A stretch of DNA of 64,000 bases from Selaginella moellendorffii (lineage: Eukaryota; Plantae; Lycopodiophyta): positions 833,157-897,156 of the forward strand of contig NW_003314278.1 in the NCBI RefSeq assembly GCF_000143415.4, read 5' to 3'. The translations under genes and the position numbers were made by a program. Below the pieces are notes generated by a model. The model did not search any database and was not told where the DNA came from. It saw only the letters and a program-made list of their open reading frames with translations. Positions 63,801 to 64,000 of this stretch are shown piece by piece (the stretch's first letter is position 1; every line of letters starts with the position of its first letter).

Positions 63801-64000
63801 AAGGGATCGGGTACATAATATTCACTATCCTATCATTTAATCCCTTGTAGTTCACGCAGAGATGCCATGTACCATCTTTCTTTTTGACCATCACCACTGG
63901 AGCAGCCCAAGGAGACTTGCTGATCCGTAACCACCATTTCCTATAGGTAGTCAGCAAGCGGCCGAATAATCTCCTCAGCTTTAGTGGGACTAGTACGAGT
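60889..64000 (-). mobile_element. Family F chromovirus (Reina/Tekay-like): 112-bp 3' LTR 60889-61000, PPT, frameshifted RT-RH-IN-chromodomain; continues beyond the window
   Basis: SPWAAPVVMVKKKDGTW, YFDD, ETDTSD, SISMDFITGLP, HPQSDGQ, KIHPTFHVSKLK, ELLVQWNGYSMDEATWE; LTR TGAAAC...TGTCA then ttctcccctccc. Confidence 0.92.

Overview
Plant nuclear DNA with two very different halves. The 47-65 nt introns, extreme gene packing and a ciliary gene suggest a lycophyte such as Selaginella (inference). Bases 1-21.6 kb are GC-rich and hold 13 genes: a DUF3755/Myb-like gene (3' part), TFB5, NOL9/Grc3, a cytomatrix-like coiled-coil gene, a TANGLED-like gene, a PGY-repeat ciliary microtubule-inner-protein-like gene, cyclin D, amidophosphoribosyltransferase, IWR1/RDM4, a P-class PPR, choline-phosphate cytidylyltransferase, an LRR-RLK II and a papain protease. 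Most coding regions are separated by only 6-250 bp. At ~22-26.9 kb, kelch, amidohydrolase and kinase gene fragments precede a decayed Helitron Rep segment and a hairpin-CTAG 3' end. Bases 27-64 kb are a nested block of Ty3/gypsy elements (families labelled A, B, C, E, F here), solo LTRs with TSDs and an assembly gap. Most notable: (i) a TRIM family whose ~194-bp LTR carries the 5S rRNA internal promoter (Cassandra-like); (ii) a ~90-bp hairpin/G-tract module shared by three otherwise dissimilar LTR families, with rearrangement breakpoints in it; (iii) a chromovirus with 112-bp LTRs, including a tandem copy sharing one LTR; (iv) candidate dicistronic and overlapping gene units. All family assignments come from recalled motifs, not database searches, and exon boundaries were read by eye.
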